From: Spirochaetia bacterium
GTDB taxonomy: Bacteria > Spirochaetota > Spirochaetia > SZUA-6 > Bin103
Reading direction: 5' to 3'
Assembly: GCA_965208575.1 (NCBI GenBank)
Contig: CBDBOV010000005.1
Span: 640,001 to 704,000 of the forward strand
DNA: 64,000 nt
The notes under the pieces are model-generated. The model worked only from the letters and a program-made list of their open reading frames with translations, was not told the DNA's origin and ran no database searches. Shown one piece after another: positions 18,909 through 29,538 of this stretch. Both the position numbers and the translations under genes were made by a program. Positions within the stretch are counted from its first letter, which is position 1. Each line of letters starts with the position of its first letter.

Positions 18909-19460
18909 ATGGCCGAGATCGCCAACGTTGGCAGGTTTCTGAGCGACAACAAGATGATCTGGGAGCGTCGGTTGTCGGCGCCGCCGGAGCGTCTGTGGGA
19001 CGCGATTTCCACCAGGGACGGACTGCGCCGCTGGTTCATGCCGACCCGGTTCGAGATAGAGGTGCATGGGCGGTTCTCGTTCGACGGCGGCTGGCAAGGC
19101 ACCGTGTCGGAAGCCCGGCCGCTCCGTTACATACAGTTCGATGTGGACGGTGGCAGCGGAGCGTTTCTTCGGTTCGAGATGCGGCCTGGCAACGGCGCGA
19201 ATACCTTTGCGCTGATAGACCGGATGGGCGATGGCGTGGATGCGAACAACTGGCCGGACGCGCCGGCGCATCGGCGCCATCAGCCTGGTGGCCCCGGTAC
19301 CCACTGGAGTGGAGTAGCCGCAGGATACCACGGCTTCGTGGACGGGCTCGAAGACCATCTCTCCGGTGGCAACGTTTCGTCAGACTATGACGAGTTGTGC
19401 AGGGCATACCAGCGGGTACTCGACGCTCGTTTTGGACCTGAACACTACATCAGATACTAG
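18909..19460 (+). CDS. SRPBCC/AHSA1-like domain protein
   Basis: ERRLSAPPERLWDAIST.DGLRRWF motif. AGGAG RBS. Confidence 0.75.
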   Translation: MAEIANVGRFLSDNKMIWERRLSAPPERLWDAISTRDGLRRWFMPTRFEIEVHGRFSFDGGWQGTVSEARPLRYIQFDVDGGSGAFLRFEMRPGNGANTFALIDRMGDGVDANNWPDAPAHRRHQPGGPGTHWSGVAAGYHGFVDGLEDHLSGGNVSSDYDELCRAYQRVLDARFGPEHYIRY

Positions 19461-19593
19461 CAGCCCGCCCGCATCCCGAGAGCACGCAGGTCGGCCACGA
19501 TCGATGCCTCGGTCACCAGACGGTCACGTTCCCCGGCACGGGTCGTCAGAACTCAGGACGCGTTCCTCGCCTCGGCGGCGGTCGCAGTCCGGC

Positions 19594-21222
19594 TCACAGC
19601 CATGCTCCGCCCCAGGCCAGCAGCGCGCTGAACCCGGCGGCCGCCACAACCTGACGACCCACCAGCCGCAGCGCGAACGCGCTGCCCTGCTCGCGCGCAA
19701 TCGTAAGGCAGGTGACCAGGCAAGGCAGCAGCACGCCGGCGAGGTAGACGGCCGTCAACAGTTGCACGGCGCCGAGGCTTGCGGCGACGCCGGGCTCCGC
19801 CAGCAGCAGGATGCCGTCCTTGCGCACGCTCGCCAGGATCACCGCCAGCGCCGCCTCCGGGGGCAATCGAAAGGCGGCCATCGCCGGCTCGACGACGGCC
19901 GACGCAGCTTGCAGCGCGCCCAGCCAGTGCAACAGGGACGCCGCGGCCGTGATCAGAAAGAAGATCGGCAAGGCACTGCGAAAGAACTCCCGAACGACGC
20001 CCTGCGCCTCCAGCCAGACGGTCCGCGGGCGCGGCCACGTCAAGAACACCCCGCCCGCCGTCAACCGCACATCGACGGGGAAACGAGCTGCCCGCGGCGC
20101 GATCAGGCGGGCGTAGGCGAGCGTGGTGGCGCCAAGATAGAGCAGATAGGGTACGATCAACCCGGATCGTCCGGCCGCCGCGAAGACCGCCAGCGTGGCT
20201 CCCAACTGGTACGAACAGGCCGAACCGAAAGCGATGGACGAGACGCACACGCCGCGCGAGCAGACCGGCGACGAGCGCGCGCTGATCACGGCGGGCACGT
20301 TGCAGCCGAAACCCATCACCACCCGCGCCAACTCCCGGCCCGTCATGCCGAACGGCCGCAGCCACGGATTCATGGCGGCGGTCAGGCGGTCGAGCAGGCC
20401 GCTCGCCTTGTACGCACCCATCAGCAGCGCATGGAGCACGACCACCGGAGTCGCCCACACCACCAGCAGCGGCCCCATCGTGACCACGCCGTAGTCGCCG
20501 GCCAGGATCTCGGCAAGCGGCTGCGGCCAGCTTGTCAGCAGCCCGGCCAGCGGCGCCGCCCGGGCGCGCACCCAGGGATCGATTCGATCCGCGAGGCCGG
20601 TCGCGGTGTGCACCGCGACCCAGGCGGGCGTCAACAACAGCAGCAGCGCCCAGAGCGGCGCGAGCGCGGCGCGCTCCAGGAAGAGGCGGCGCGGACGGAC
20701 GATCAGATCGGCGAAGCTCAAACCGGCCTCGGCGGGGATCGCGCCGGGCGCTTCCAGCGCCTGCATCAGCCTGCGGCGATCGTTGGCGTCCAGCCGGCGC
20801 GCGTCCACGGCGACCGCCGGCAGACCGGTGCGCAGCGACAACTCGCCGAGCCGCGCCTCCATCTCCGCCCGCGCGAGTCGGTCGCGAAGGGTCACCACCA
20901 GTGCGCCGGGCCGTCCTGCTGCGAGCGGCAGCAGGTCGGCCAGGTCCACGTCCAGCTCGGTTCCCTGGGCGACCAGGAGTACGGGATCGTCGCCGCCCAG
21001 CCGCGCCAGGGCTCGCCGGGTGGTCTCACCATCGGAGCTGCGCAGCAGCCCCGGTGTGTCGATCAGCTCCCAGTCGTCCACCCGGTAGGAGTCGCAGCCG
21101 ACGGTGGCGCCCCGGTAGTTCGAGGCAGCGCTCGGCGCACCCGCGAGCGATGCCGCCAGTTGCGTCTTGCCGACGTTTTCCCTACCCAGCAGAACCGCGG
21201 TTCGAGTTGCCGTGCGGAGCAC
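19594..21222 (-). CDS. Short FeoB-like GTPase / gate-domain metal transporter
   Basis: G1 GRENVGKT, NYRGATV, G3 DTPG. Membrane motifs GFGCNVPA, ACSYQ and LPCLVT. Confidence 0.85.
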   Translation of the reverse strand: MLRTATRTAVLLGRENVGKTQLAASLAGAPSAASNYRGATVGCDSYRVDDWELIDTPGLLRSSDGETTRRALARLGGDDPVLLVAQGTELDVDLADLLPLAAGRPGALVVTLRDRLARAEMEARLGELSLRTGLPAVAVDARRLDANDRRRLMQALEAPGAIPAEAGLSFADLIVRPRRLFLERAALAPLWALLLLLTPAWVAVHTATGLADRIDPWVRARAAPLAGLLTSWPQPLAEILAGDYGVVTMGPLLVVWATPVVVLHALLMGAYKASGLLDRLTAAMNPWLRPFGMTGRELARVVMGFGCNVPAVISARSSPVCSRGVCVSSIAFGSACSYQLGATLAVFAAAGRSGLIVPYLLYLGATTLAYARLIAPRAARFPVDVRLTAGGVFLTWPRPRTVWLEAQGVVREFFRSALPIFFLITAAASLLHWLGALQAASAVVEPAMAAFRLPPEAALAVILASVRKDGILLLAEPGVAASLGAVQLLTAVYLAGVLLPCLVTCLTIAREQGSAFALRLVGRQVVAAAGFSALLAWGGAWL

Positions 21223-21234
21223 CTCACGGCTCCT

Positions 21235-22362
21235 TCAGCACACGCAGTCATCGCCGCAGCACGACAGGTCGTCGAGGTACATTCCGTGGCGGCGGTACTC
21301 CTCGAGCGGCTTCGCGCTGACCCGCAGGCGGCGTGCGATCTGGTTGGCCACCACGGCGAAGCGCTGGCGGAACTTGTAGATGAAACAGAAGATCACCTCG
21401 CTCTGGCGCACCTGCGGCCCGACCAGGAACAGCCCTCTCGTCACGGTGGACTCGTCCTCTTCCGTCAGCAGCGGAAAACCGTCATCTCGCCAATCGAACA
21501 GCGGGCCAACGAGGCTTGCCGAACCGACGAATCCGGAGGCCAGGATCGGCTTCTCGGTGCAGTGGACGACTTCGCCGTCCTCGAGCGCCAACTGGTAGCC
21601 GTGATCCTTGCGGCGGACGTCGATCACCGTGCAGCCGCCGCGCAGCGTGACCCGACCCGAGTCAACGGCCGAATCCAGACGCGCCTTCGTAAACGGCGCC
21701 AGGAGTTGGCTGGGGTCGGGACCGATTCGCTCCCACGGCTCCTCGCGGTCGAACACGACGGCTCGCCGGCCGGCGGCGGCCAGCGCGACGGCGGCGTCGG
21801 CGCCGCTCTCGGAGCCGCCGATGATGCATCTCTCGTCGCCGCCGAGATCGTCCCATGAGGCCACCCTGGAGTTGTGCAGGCAAAGCTCGGCTCCGCGGAA
21901 GCCGTTGGTGCGCGGGTATTGCATTTCGCCGCCCGCCCACACCACGAACCGCGCGCGGACGTCGCCGCGACTGGTCTGCACGCGAAACCCCTTGTGCCGG
22001 GTTCCCGTGGCGACCGAGAGAACGTCGACCCCGGACTCGACGGGCAGGTCGAAATAGTTCGCAACGCCTTGCAGGTAGCCGGCGTACTCCGCGCCAGTGG
22101 GGTGCTCGACGCCGAGCGAGTAAGCCGGCGAGGTGTGCGGACAGACGGTGTTCAGGTCGAGGACGCCGAACTGGTTGCTGTTGAACGACGGCGTGATGAA
22201 GCGCGTTTGCCGGGGCCAGCGCAGGAATGAAGCGCCGACATCGGAGCGGTCGAGGATCACGAAGTTGTCGATTCCGACGTGGCGAAGCGTCACGCCAAGG
22301 CCGACACCCGCGGCGCCGGCGCCGACCACAACAACGTCGAAGGATCGGGCTTCCTTCGTCAT
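21235..22362 (-). CDS. NAD(P)/FAD-dependent oxidoreductase with Cys-rich C-terminus
   Basis: VVVGAGAAG, IIGGSESG, FCFIYKFRQRF and C-terminal DDLSCCGDDCVC. Confidence 0.88.
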   Translation of the reverse strand: MTKEARSFDVVVVGAGAAGVGLGVTLRHVGIDNFVILDRSDVGASFLRWPRQTRFITPSFNSNQFGVLDLNTVCPHTSPAYSLGVEHPTGAEYAGYLQGVANYFDLPVESGVDVLSVATGTRHKGFRVQTSRGDVRARFVVWAGGEMQYPRTNGFRGAELCLHNSRVASWDDLGGDERCIIGGSESGADAAVALAAAGRRAVVFDREEPWERIGPDPSQLLAPFTKARLDSAVDSGRVTLRGGCTVIDVRRKDHGYQLALEDGEVVHCTEKPILASGFVGSASLVGPLFDWRDDGFPLLTEEDESTVTRGLFLVGPQVRQSEVIFCFIYKFRQRFAVVANQIARRLRVSAKPLEEYRRHGMYLDDLSCCGDDCVC

Positions 22363-22492
22363 CGGCTCACCTGAACCGTTTCGCGTCCGCCGCGGCGTAG
22401 CTCGCCATCGCGCGGTCGAGGGCAGATCGAAGTGGCCACCGTACGACCAGTCGAGAGCTTCGGGGGCAGATGCATGACGCCCGCAATATAGT

Positions 22493-22518
22493 GTTATTGA
22501 TAATGCCGCATCAATAAC
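22493..22518. promoter_or_regulatory. AT-rich palindromic operator (Fur/Zur-like)
   Basis: GTTATTGAT-aatgccgc-ATCAATAAC, a perfect 9-bp inverted repeat containing GATAATG, between divergent genes. Confidence 0.6.
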
Positions 22519-22617
22519 AACAAGCAGCGCCCATGCAGTGCCCATGAGTTGTCGGCACCGAGCTGGGGCAAGGTGGTGCGCTTGACCGGCGGCGGGGGCT
22601 TGTCTACAACAGGCGGC

Positions 22618-23565
22618 ATGTTGATCGGTAAGGCCGGATGCGCGGGCGTCTCCATCGGGCAGGTGGTGGATCAGTTGTGCGCCAACCCGGTGGTGGCGGC
22701 GCGCCAGGCGGCGGGCGTCGGGTTCGAGCCGCCGTCGCGTACGGCGCTCATCGACGTGCTGGAAGGGCTGCGCTCCGCCCTGTTTCCCGGCTACTTCGGC
22801 CTGGTGCAGATGACCGAGGGCCTCAGCTTCCACATCGGCTCGATCCTGGAGGAAAAGCTGCGCCACCTGCAGGAGCAGATCCTGCGCGGCCTGGTGTTCG
22901 CGCACTGGGCCGAGGCGGGCTCTCCGGAACAACTGCGCGACCAGAACGAGGCGCGCGCCGCAGCCGCAACGCGCCACCTGCTGACCCGCCTGCCGGATTT
23001 GCAGCGGCTCGTGCTTCTGGACGTGGAGGCAGCCTATGCCGGCGACCCCGCGGCGACCAGCCGCGACGAGATCATTTTCAGCTACCCCGGCGTGCAGGCG
23101 ATCATCCAGCACCGCATCGCCCACGAGCTCTACCTGCTGCATATCCCGCTGATCCCGCGCATCATGAGCGAGCACGCGCACAGCGTTACCGGCATCGACA
23201 TCCATCCCGGCGCCACTATCGGCGAGCGCTTCTTCATCGACCACGGCACCGGCGTGGTGATCGGCGAGACCTGCGAGATCGGGTGCAACGTGCGCGTCTA
23301 CCAGGGCGCCACGCTCGGTGCCAAGAGCTTCCCGCTCGACGCCCACGGCCAGCCGATCAAGGGCGTGCCGCGCCACCCGATCGTGGAGGACGACGTGATC
23401 ATCTACTCCGGCGCCACCATTCTCGGCCGCACCCGCCTCGGCAGGGGGGCGATCATCGGCGCCAACGCCTGGGTCACCCGCGACGTCGATGCCGGCGCCA
23501 TCGTGACCCGCTACCACGGCGAGTCGGGCGACCTGCGCGTGGAGGCGCCGGCCACCGATGGCTGA
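22618..23565 (+). CDS. cysE: Serine O-acetyltransferase (EpsC-type); start uncertain
   Basis: GDPAA, GIDIHPGATIG, FIDHGTGVVIGET and RHP motifs. Confidence 0.9.
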   Translation: MLIGKAGCAGVSIGQVVDQLCANPVVAARQAAGVGFEPPSRTALIDVLEGLRSALFPGYFGLVQMTEGLSFHIGSILEEKLRHLQEQILRGLVFAHWAEAGSPEQLRDQNEARAAAATRHLLTRLPDLQRLVLLDVEAAYAGDPAATSRDEIIFSYPGVQAIIQHRIAHELYLLHIPLIPRIMSEHAHSVTGIDIHPGATIGERFFIDHGTGVVIGETCEIGCNVRVYQGATLGAKSFPLDAHGQPIKGVPRHPIVEDDVIIYSGATILGRTRLGRGAIIGANAWVTRDVDAGAIVTRYHGESGDLRVEAPATDG

Positions 23566-24535
23566 CGGCGCGCCGGTGTTCGTGGTCGGGTCGATCAACA
23601 CCGACCTGGTGGCGTACGTGGAGCGGTTGCCGGCCCCGGGTGAGACACTGTTCGGCGAGCGGTTCGCGCAGTTCGCCGGCGGCAAGGGAGCAAACCAGGC
23701 GGTGGCCGCCGCCCGCGCCGGCGCCGCGGTCTCCTTTCACGGTGCCGTCGGCGACGACGCCTTCGGGCACGCCGGACGGGCCGGCCTGCGGCAGGACGGG
23801 ATAGCGGTCGACGGCCTCCTGACCCTGCCGGAGCACGCCTCCGGCCTGGCGCTGATCCTGGTCGACCGGCAGGGCGAAAACGAGATCGTGGTTGTGCCGG
23901 GCGCCAACGTGCAGTTCGACGCCGGCCAGGTGGCGGCGCCCCCGGCGGCGCCGGCGGTCCTGTTGCTGCAGAACGAGATTGCGCCCGCGACCTCGCTCGT
24001 CTGTGCGCGGCGCTGGCACGCCGCCGCGGCCCGCGTGGTATGGAACCCGGCCCCGGCGCCGGCGGCGCCCGTGCCCCCCGACGTCCTGGCCGCCGCCGAA
24101 TTCATCGTGGTCAACGAGGTGGAGCTGGCGGCGCTGGCGGGCGTCACGGCGGCAACCGGGATGGCGCCGCTCGCCGCTCGCGCCGCCGGCTTCATGTCGG
24201 ACGACGGGGCGGCGCTGCGCAACCTGGTGGTCACCATGGGAGCCGACGGCTGCCTGTGGGCACGCCGTGACGGTTCCGGGACCGTGGTATTGCACCGCCA
24301 ACCCGCGCTGCCGGTCACCGCGGTCGACACCGTCGGAGCCGGCGACTGCTTCTGTGGCGTGTTCGCGGCGACCCTCGCCGCCGGCGCAACTCCCGCCGCG
24401 GCGCTGCACCGCGCCACCGCCGCGGCCGCGCTCGCGGTCCAGCGGCGCGGCGCACAGCCGTCGATGCCGCCGGCGGACGAGATCGCGGACTCGATGCGCA
24501 GGCTGCCGCTCGGGGGCGTGGTCGCCGCGCCGTGA
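23558..24535 (+). CDS. rbsK: Ribokinase (PfkB family)
   Basis: VGSINTD, GGKGANQAVA and DTVGAGDCF motifs. Confidence 0.88.
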   Translation: MADGAPVFVVGSINTDLVAYVERLPAPGETLFGERFAQFAGGKGANQAVAAARAGAAVSFHGAVGDDAFGHAGRAGLRQDGIAVDGLLTLPEHASGLALILVDRQGENEIVVVPGANVQFDAGQVAAPPAAPAVLLLQNEIAPATSLVCARRWHAAAARVVWNPAPAPAAPVPPDVLAAAEFIVVNEVELAALAGVTAATGMAPLAARAAGFMSDDGAALRNLVVTMGADGCLWARRDGSGTVVLHRQPALPVTAVDTVGAGDCFCGVFAATLAAGATPAAALHRATAAAALAVQRRGAQPSMPPADEIADSMRRLPLGGVVAAP

Positions 24536-24866
24536 GCCGAATGCGCCGCGGCCACCCGGAGCGCCGGCGGCGCCGGGTTGGCGCCGCCGGCGCTGTTCCG
24601 CTATGCTGTTGCCGGCGCCCCACGTTCGACGGCGTGCGCGCCGGATGCGCGCCGGTTGTTGCAATCGCCGTGTTTATTACCTATATATTACCGGGGCAGC
24701 GGATGCACCGCGCGAATGGCGCGCGTGCGACAGCCGCCGCACCGTCGATCACCTGACGTGAAACTTCGTGATTAGCAGGTATCAGCGACAGACCGTACCG
24801 GCAGCGGCGCGCATGCCGTCCGGAGCCGGCGTGCTGCCGCCATGCCGCCGGCGCAGAGAGGAGTGA

Positions 24867-26213
24867 ATGGCAACGATCAAGCTCAAACGGGGATACGACA
24901 TTCCTCTTGAGGGGGTCGCCGCCGCTGCGGTCGCGGACGCACCGGCGCCGACGACCGTGGCCATCAAACCGCGCGACTTCCACGGCCTGATCGCGCGGCT
25001 CGACATCGATGAGGGCGACTCGGTCAGGGTCGGCACTCCGCTGTTCCATGACAAGACGTTTACCGACGTACTGTTCACCTCGCCGGTGAGCGGCATGGTG
25101 GTCAACGTCAACCGCGGCGCCCGCCGCGCCATCGAGGAGGTGATCGTTCGCCTCGACGGCGGCAGCGGCGCCGACACCTTCGAGGTGCCGGGGCCGTCCG
25201 CCGGCCGCGACGCCGTGCTCGCCGCGCTGCTGCGTTCGGGCCTGTTTCCGTTTCTCGTGCAGCGCCCGCTGGCGCGGCTGGCCGACCCCACCGCCACGCC
25301 GCGCGACATCTTCGTTGCCGTGCACGACACCGCTCCCCTGGCGGCGCGCTCGGACATGCTGCTGGCCGGCCGCGAGGCGCACTTCGCCGCCGGCATCGCC
25401 GCGCTGGCCGCGCTGACCCCCGGTACCGTGCACGTTTGCATCGGCCCCGACACGCCGCCGCTGCCCGACCTGTCGGCGATCGGCAACGTGCAGGTGAACA
25501 CCTTCGTGGGGCCGCATCCATCCGGCAACGCCGGCGTTCACATTCACCACCTGGCGCCGATCAGCGGGCGCGGAGACGTGGTGTGGACCTGCTGCCTGAA
25601 GGGCGTGCTGATGATCGGCGCCCTGTTCGCGACCGGCGCTATCGATCCGACCGTGACCGTGGCGGTGGCCGGTTCGGCGGTCCCCGATCCGTGCTACTTG
25701 CGCACCGTGCACGGTGCCCAGGTCGACGTTCTCGGCGGCGATCTGGCCGACGACCAGGTGCGCTTCATCTCCGGCAACCCGCTCACCGGGCGCCAGATCA
25801 CTCCGGCCGGCTACCTGGGTTTTTTCGACAGTTCGCTCACCGTGCTGCCGGAGGTGGTGGAACCGGAGTTGCTTGGCTGGGTGCTGCCGGGATTCAAGGC
25901 CGGCAGCCGCTCGCGCACCTTTCTGTCGTCCTGGCTGGCGCGGTCGCGTCCGGTGCGCAAGCATACCGGCCTGCACGGCGGCGAGCGGGCGTTCATCGCC
26001 ACCGGCATCTACCGCGAGGTGCTGCCGATCGACGTGCACCCGGAATTCCTGATGAAGAGCATCATGGCCGAGGACATCCCGGAGATGGAGGGCCTCGGCA
26101 TCCACGAGATCGCGGAGGAAGATGTCGCGCTGTGCGAGTACATCTGCCCGTCCAAGATCGAGTGGCAACAGATTACCCGGCGCGGGCTCGACTTCATCGA
26201 GCGCGAAACGTAG
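24867..26213 (+). CDS. nqrA: Na+-translocating NADH:quinone oxidoreductase subunit A
   Basis: IKLKRGYDIPLEG, GPHPSGN and EEDVALCEYICPSK motifs. First gene of the nqr order. Confidence 0.95.
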   Translation: MATIKLKRGYDIPLEGVAAAAVADAPAPTTVAIKPRDFHGLIARLDIDEGDSVRVGTPLFHDKTFTDVLFTSPVSGMVVNVNRGARRAIEEVIVRLDGGSGADTFEVPGPSAGRDAVLAALLRSGLFPFLVQRPLARLADPTATPRDIFVAVHDTAPLAARSDMLLAGREAHFAAGIAALAALTPGTVHVCIGPDTPPLPDLSAIGNVQVNTFVGPHPSGNAGVHIHHLAPISGRGDVVWTCCLKGVLMIGALFATGAIDPTVTVAVAGSAVPDPCYLRTVHGAQVDVLGGDLADDQVRFISGNPLTGRQITPAGYLGFFDSSLTVLPEVVEPELLGWVLPGFKAGSRSRTFLSSWLARSRPVRKHTGLHGGERAFIATGIYREVLPIDVHPEFLMKSIMAEDIPEMEGLGIHEIAEEDVALCEYICPSKIEWQQITRRGLDFIERET

Positions 26214-26243
26214 GCGGCGGATTCTCGGAGCCGGAGGAGCAGG

Positions 26244-27476
26244 ATGGACGTGCAGCAGTTGCTGAAGGGGTTGTTGGAGCGGGTCGAACCGCTGTTCGAA
26301 AAGGGCGGCAAGCTGGAGAAACTGTATCCGGCGTACGATGCGTTCGCGACCCTGGCGTTCGTGCTGCCGAACCGTACCCACGCCGGCGCTCACATCCGCG
26401 ACGACTTCGACTCCAAGCGGATGATGGTGACGGTGATCTTCGCCCTTATCCCGTGCACGCTGGTGGGCATCTTCAACATCGGCTACCAGCGCCTGCTTGC
26501 GGAGTGCGGCGTGTCGGGTGCCGACGTGTGCGCGATGGGGGTCAGCTTCACGTTCGTGCAGGCGGTCGTGCAGGGGCTGATTCGCTTCCTGCCGATCCTG
26601 ATCGTCACCTATGCCGTCGGGCTGGGCTGGGAGTTCCTGTTCGCGGTGATCCGCCGCCACGAGGTGAGCGAGGGGTTCCTGGTTTCCGGATTCCTGGTTG
26701 CGCTGATCGTGCCGCCGAGCATCCCGCTGTGGCAGCTCGCGGTGGCCACCACGTTCGGCGTGATCATCGGCAAGGAGATCTTCGGCGGCACCGGCATGAA
26801 CATCTTCAACCCGGCGCTGGTGGTGCGCGCGTTCCTGTTCTTCGCCTACCCGGCGCAGATCTCCGGCGACCGGGTGTGGGTGGCCCTGGACGGCTACGCG
26901 GCGGCGTCGCCGCTGGCGGTGGTCGCCGAGGGTGCCGAAGCGCCGATCGTCGACGTGCTCGCCGCGCAGGGCGTAACCTGGCTGAACTCGTTCGTCGGGC
27001 TGATCCCCGGCAGCATCGGGGAGACCTCGACGCTGGCGATCCTGCTCGGCATCGGACTGCTGCTGATTACCGGGGTCGGCAGTTGGCGCATCATGGTCTC
27101 GATGCTGGCCGGCGGCGTGCTGATGGCCGCCATCCTGAATCTCGCCGCCCCCCACCCGGGCCACTTCCTGGCGCTTCCGATACACTATCACCTGACGCTG
27201 GGCGGCTTCGCTTTCGGTCTCGCCTACATGGCCACCGATCCGGTGTCCGCGTCCGCCACCGACACCGGCAAGCTGATTTACGGGTTCCTGTGCGGCGTGC
27301 TGTCGATCCTGGTGCGCATACTGAACCCGGCGTTCCCGGAAGGGGTGATGCTCGCTATCCTGTTCATGAACATGTTTGCGCCGCTGATCGATCACTTCGT
27401 GGTGCGCTCCAACGTCAAGAAGCGGCTGGCGCGCGCCGCGCTGCCGGCAGCGGCGGGCGCACGGGTCACGGAGTAA
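26244..27476 (+). CDS. nqrB: Na+-NQR subunit B
   Basis: HIRD..D.KRMM, KEIFGGTGMN, PGSIGETS and MATDPVS motifs. Confidence 0.95.
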   Translation: MDVQQLLKGLLERVEPLFEKGGKLEKLYPAYDAFATLAFVLPNRTHAGAHIRDDFDSKRMMVTVIFALIPCTLVGIFNIGYQRLLAECGVSGADVCAMGVSFTFVQAVVQGLIRFLPILIVTYAVGLGWEFLFAVIRRHEVSEGFLVSGFLVALIVPPSIPLWQLAVATTFGVIIGKEIFGGTGMNIFNPALVVRAFLFFAYPAQISGDRVWVALDGYAAASPLAVVAEGAEAPIVDVLAAQGVTWLNSFVGLIPGSIGETSTLAILLGIGLLLITGVGSWRIMVSMLAGGVLMAAILNLAAPHPGHFLALPIHYHLTLGGFAFGLAYMATDPVSASATDTGKLIYGFLCGVLSILVRILNPAFPEGVMLAILFMNMFAPLIDHFVVRSNVKKRLARAALPAAAGARVTE

Positions 27477-27482
27477 CGAACG

Positions 27483-28229
27483 GTGAATCGCAGCAAACTC
27501 TATTCGGTGGTGTTCGTCCTGATCATCACGGTGTTCTGGGGCTTCGTGCTCTCCTTCGCCGCGACCTCGCTGCGCGAGCCGCAGCAGGCCAACGAGAAGC
27601 TGAACATGCGCACCAACATCCTGGTGGCACTCGGCCTGGTCGATCGCGACAACGACCTCGCCGACGAGGCGCTCAACGAGATCTACGACGAATCGGTGAA
27701 GAGCTTCCTGGTCGACCACGAGGGAAACGAAATTCCCGGCTCCAGCGCCGAGGGGGTGGACCTCGAGGAAGAGTTGGACAACCCGGATCCGGCCGCGTGG
27801 CGGCTGCCCGTATTCGTTGGCACCAAGGACGGCAACACGGTGTACGCCATCCCGGTGTTCGGCAAGGGCCTGTGGTCAACCCTGTACGGCTACCTGGCCT
27901 TGCAACAGGATCTCGACACCGTAGCCGGCATCACGTTCTACAAGCACGGCGAGACCGCCGGCCTCGGCGCCGAGATCGAGCAGGCCTGGTTCCAGGACAA
28001 CTTTGTTGGAAAGAAAGTATTCGAGGGCAACGAGATACGCTCCATCGAGGTGGTCAAGGGCAAGGTCGGCGACGTGTACTCCAACCCCGCCGACCACACC
28101 TACGCGGTGGACGGCATCAGCGGCGCGAGCATGACCGGGCGCGGCGTGACCGACCTGCTCGACGAAAAACTCAACATCTACGGACCCTACATCAGACGGG
28201 TACGAGCCGAGACGGCTCAGGGGAGGTAA
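27483..28229 (+). CDS. nqrC: Na+-NQR subunit C
   Basis: GKGLWS, HGETAGLGAEI and FMN site DGISGAS. Confidence 0.93.
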   Translation: MNRSKLYSVVFVLIITVFWGFVLSFAATSLREPQQANEKLNMRTNILVALGLVDRDNDLADEALNEIYDESVKSFLVDHEGNEIPGSSAEGVDLEEELDNPDPAAWRLPVFVGTKDGNTVYAIPVFGKGLWSTLYGYLALQQDLDTVAGITFYKHGETAGLGAEIEQAWFQDNFVGKKVFEGNEIRSIEVVKGKVGDVYSNPADHTYAVDGISGASMTGRGVTDLLDEKLNIYGPYIRRVRAETAQGR

Positions 28230-28232
28230 GGA

Positions 28233-28907
28233 ATGGCAGACCCGAAGGTACTCCCGGTAGCACCGGCCATAGAGCGCGAGCCGCTGTTCTCGCCGCAGAA
28301 CCGGACGGTGCTCAAGGATCCGCTGTCGGACAACAATCCCATCACCATCCAGGTGCTCGGCATCTGCTCCGCGCTGGCGGTGACCACGCAGGTAAAGCCG
28401 TCGCTGGTCATGGGGATCGCGGTGATCTTCGTACTGGTGTTTTCCAACCTGATCATCTCGCTGATGCGCAACCTGATTCCCAACAACGTGCGCATCATCG
28501 TGCAGATGACGGTGGTGGCGTCGCTGGTGGTGGTAGTGGACCAGGTGCTGAAGGCATACGCCTACGACGTGTCGCGGCAGCTCTCGGTGTTCGTGGCCCT
28601 GATCATCACCAACTGCATCATCATGGGCCGCCTGGAGGCGTTCGCGATGACCAACAAGCCGTGGCCGAGCGTGCTGGACGCCCTCGGCAACGGCCTCGGC
28701 TACGCCCTGGTGATCCTGGCCGTGGGCTTCTGCCGCGAACTGTTCGGCAGCGGCAAGATATTCGGGGTGCAGATCGTCCCGCACGCGCTGTACAACGCCG
28801 GCTACGTGGACAACGGGCTCATGGTGCTGGCACCGGGGGCGTTCATCCTGATGGGCCTGTTGATCTGGGCACAGCGCCGCATGAGCGGCTACGCCGAGGA
28901 GGCTTAG
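28233..28907 (+). CDS. nqrD: Na+-NQR subunit D
   Basis: [18 protein letters not shown] and [11 protein letters not shown] motifs. Confidence 0.95.
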   Translation: MADPKVLPVAPAIEREPLFSPQNRTVLKDPLSDNNPITIQVLGICSALAVTTQVKPSLVMGIAVIFVLVFSNLIISLMRNLIPNNVRIIVQMTVVASLVVVVDQVLKAYAYDVSRQLSVFVALIITNCIIMGRLEAFAMTNKPWPSVLDALGNGLGYALVILAVGFCRELFGSGKIFGVQIVPHALYNAGYVDNGLMVLAPGAFILMGLLIWAQRRMSGYAEEA

Positions 28908-28910
28908 GCA

Positions 28911-29522
28911 ATGGAACTGGTAAACCTGGCGCTCAAGGCGATCTTCGTCGAGAACATTCTGCTCGCCTTCTTCCTGGGGATGTGCTCGTTCCTGGCGGTG
29001 TCCAAGCAGGTCAAGACCGCCATCGGCCTCGGCTTCGCGGTAATCTTCGTGCTCGGCATCACCGTGCCGATCAACTGGGTGGTGCACGAGTTCCTGCTCA
29101 AGTCGGGTTCCCTGGCCTGGGTCAGCCCGGCCATGGCGGAGGTCGACCTGAGCTTTCTCAACTTCATCGCCTTCATCGCGGTGATCGCCGCCATGGTGCA
29201 GTTGGTGGAGATGGTGATCGAGAAGACCTCCACCGGCCTGTATCACGCGCTCGGCATCTACCTGCCGCTGATCACCGTGAACTGCTCGATTCTCGGCGGA
29301 TCGCTGTTCATGGTGGAGCGCAGCTACTCGTTCAGCGAGTCGGTGGTGTTCGGCCTGTCCTCGGGCGTGGGCTGGGCACTCGCGATCATCGCGCTCGCTT
29401 CGATTCGGGAGAAGATCCGCTACTCCAACGTGCCGCCGGCGCTGCGCGGCCTGGGCATCACCATGCTGCTGACCGGCCTGATGTCGATCGGCTTCATGTC
29501 GTTCTCCGGCATCTCACTCTAG
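28911..29522 (+). CDS. nqrE: Na+-NQR subunit E
   Basis: [13 protein letters not shown] and LPLITVNC motifs. Confidence 0.95.
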   Translation: MELVNLALKAIFVENILLAFFLGMCSFLAVSKQVKTAIGLGFAVIFVLGITVPINWVVHEFLLKSGSLAWVSPAMAEVDLSFLNFIAFIAVIAAMVQLVEMVIEKTSTGLYHALGIYLPLITVNCSILGGSLFMVERSYSFSESVVFGLSSGVGWALAIIALASIREKIRYSNVPPALRGLGITMLLTGLMSIGFMSFSGISL

Positions 29523-29538
29523 GGGGGACAGACGAACC

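Noticed and set aside
21235-23685. 816-aa minus-strand ORF as a single protein
   Set aside because: The upstream part is the antisense of cysE. The oxidoreductase motifs begin at 22362.
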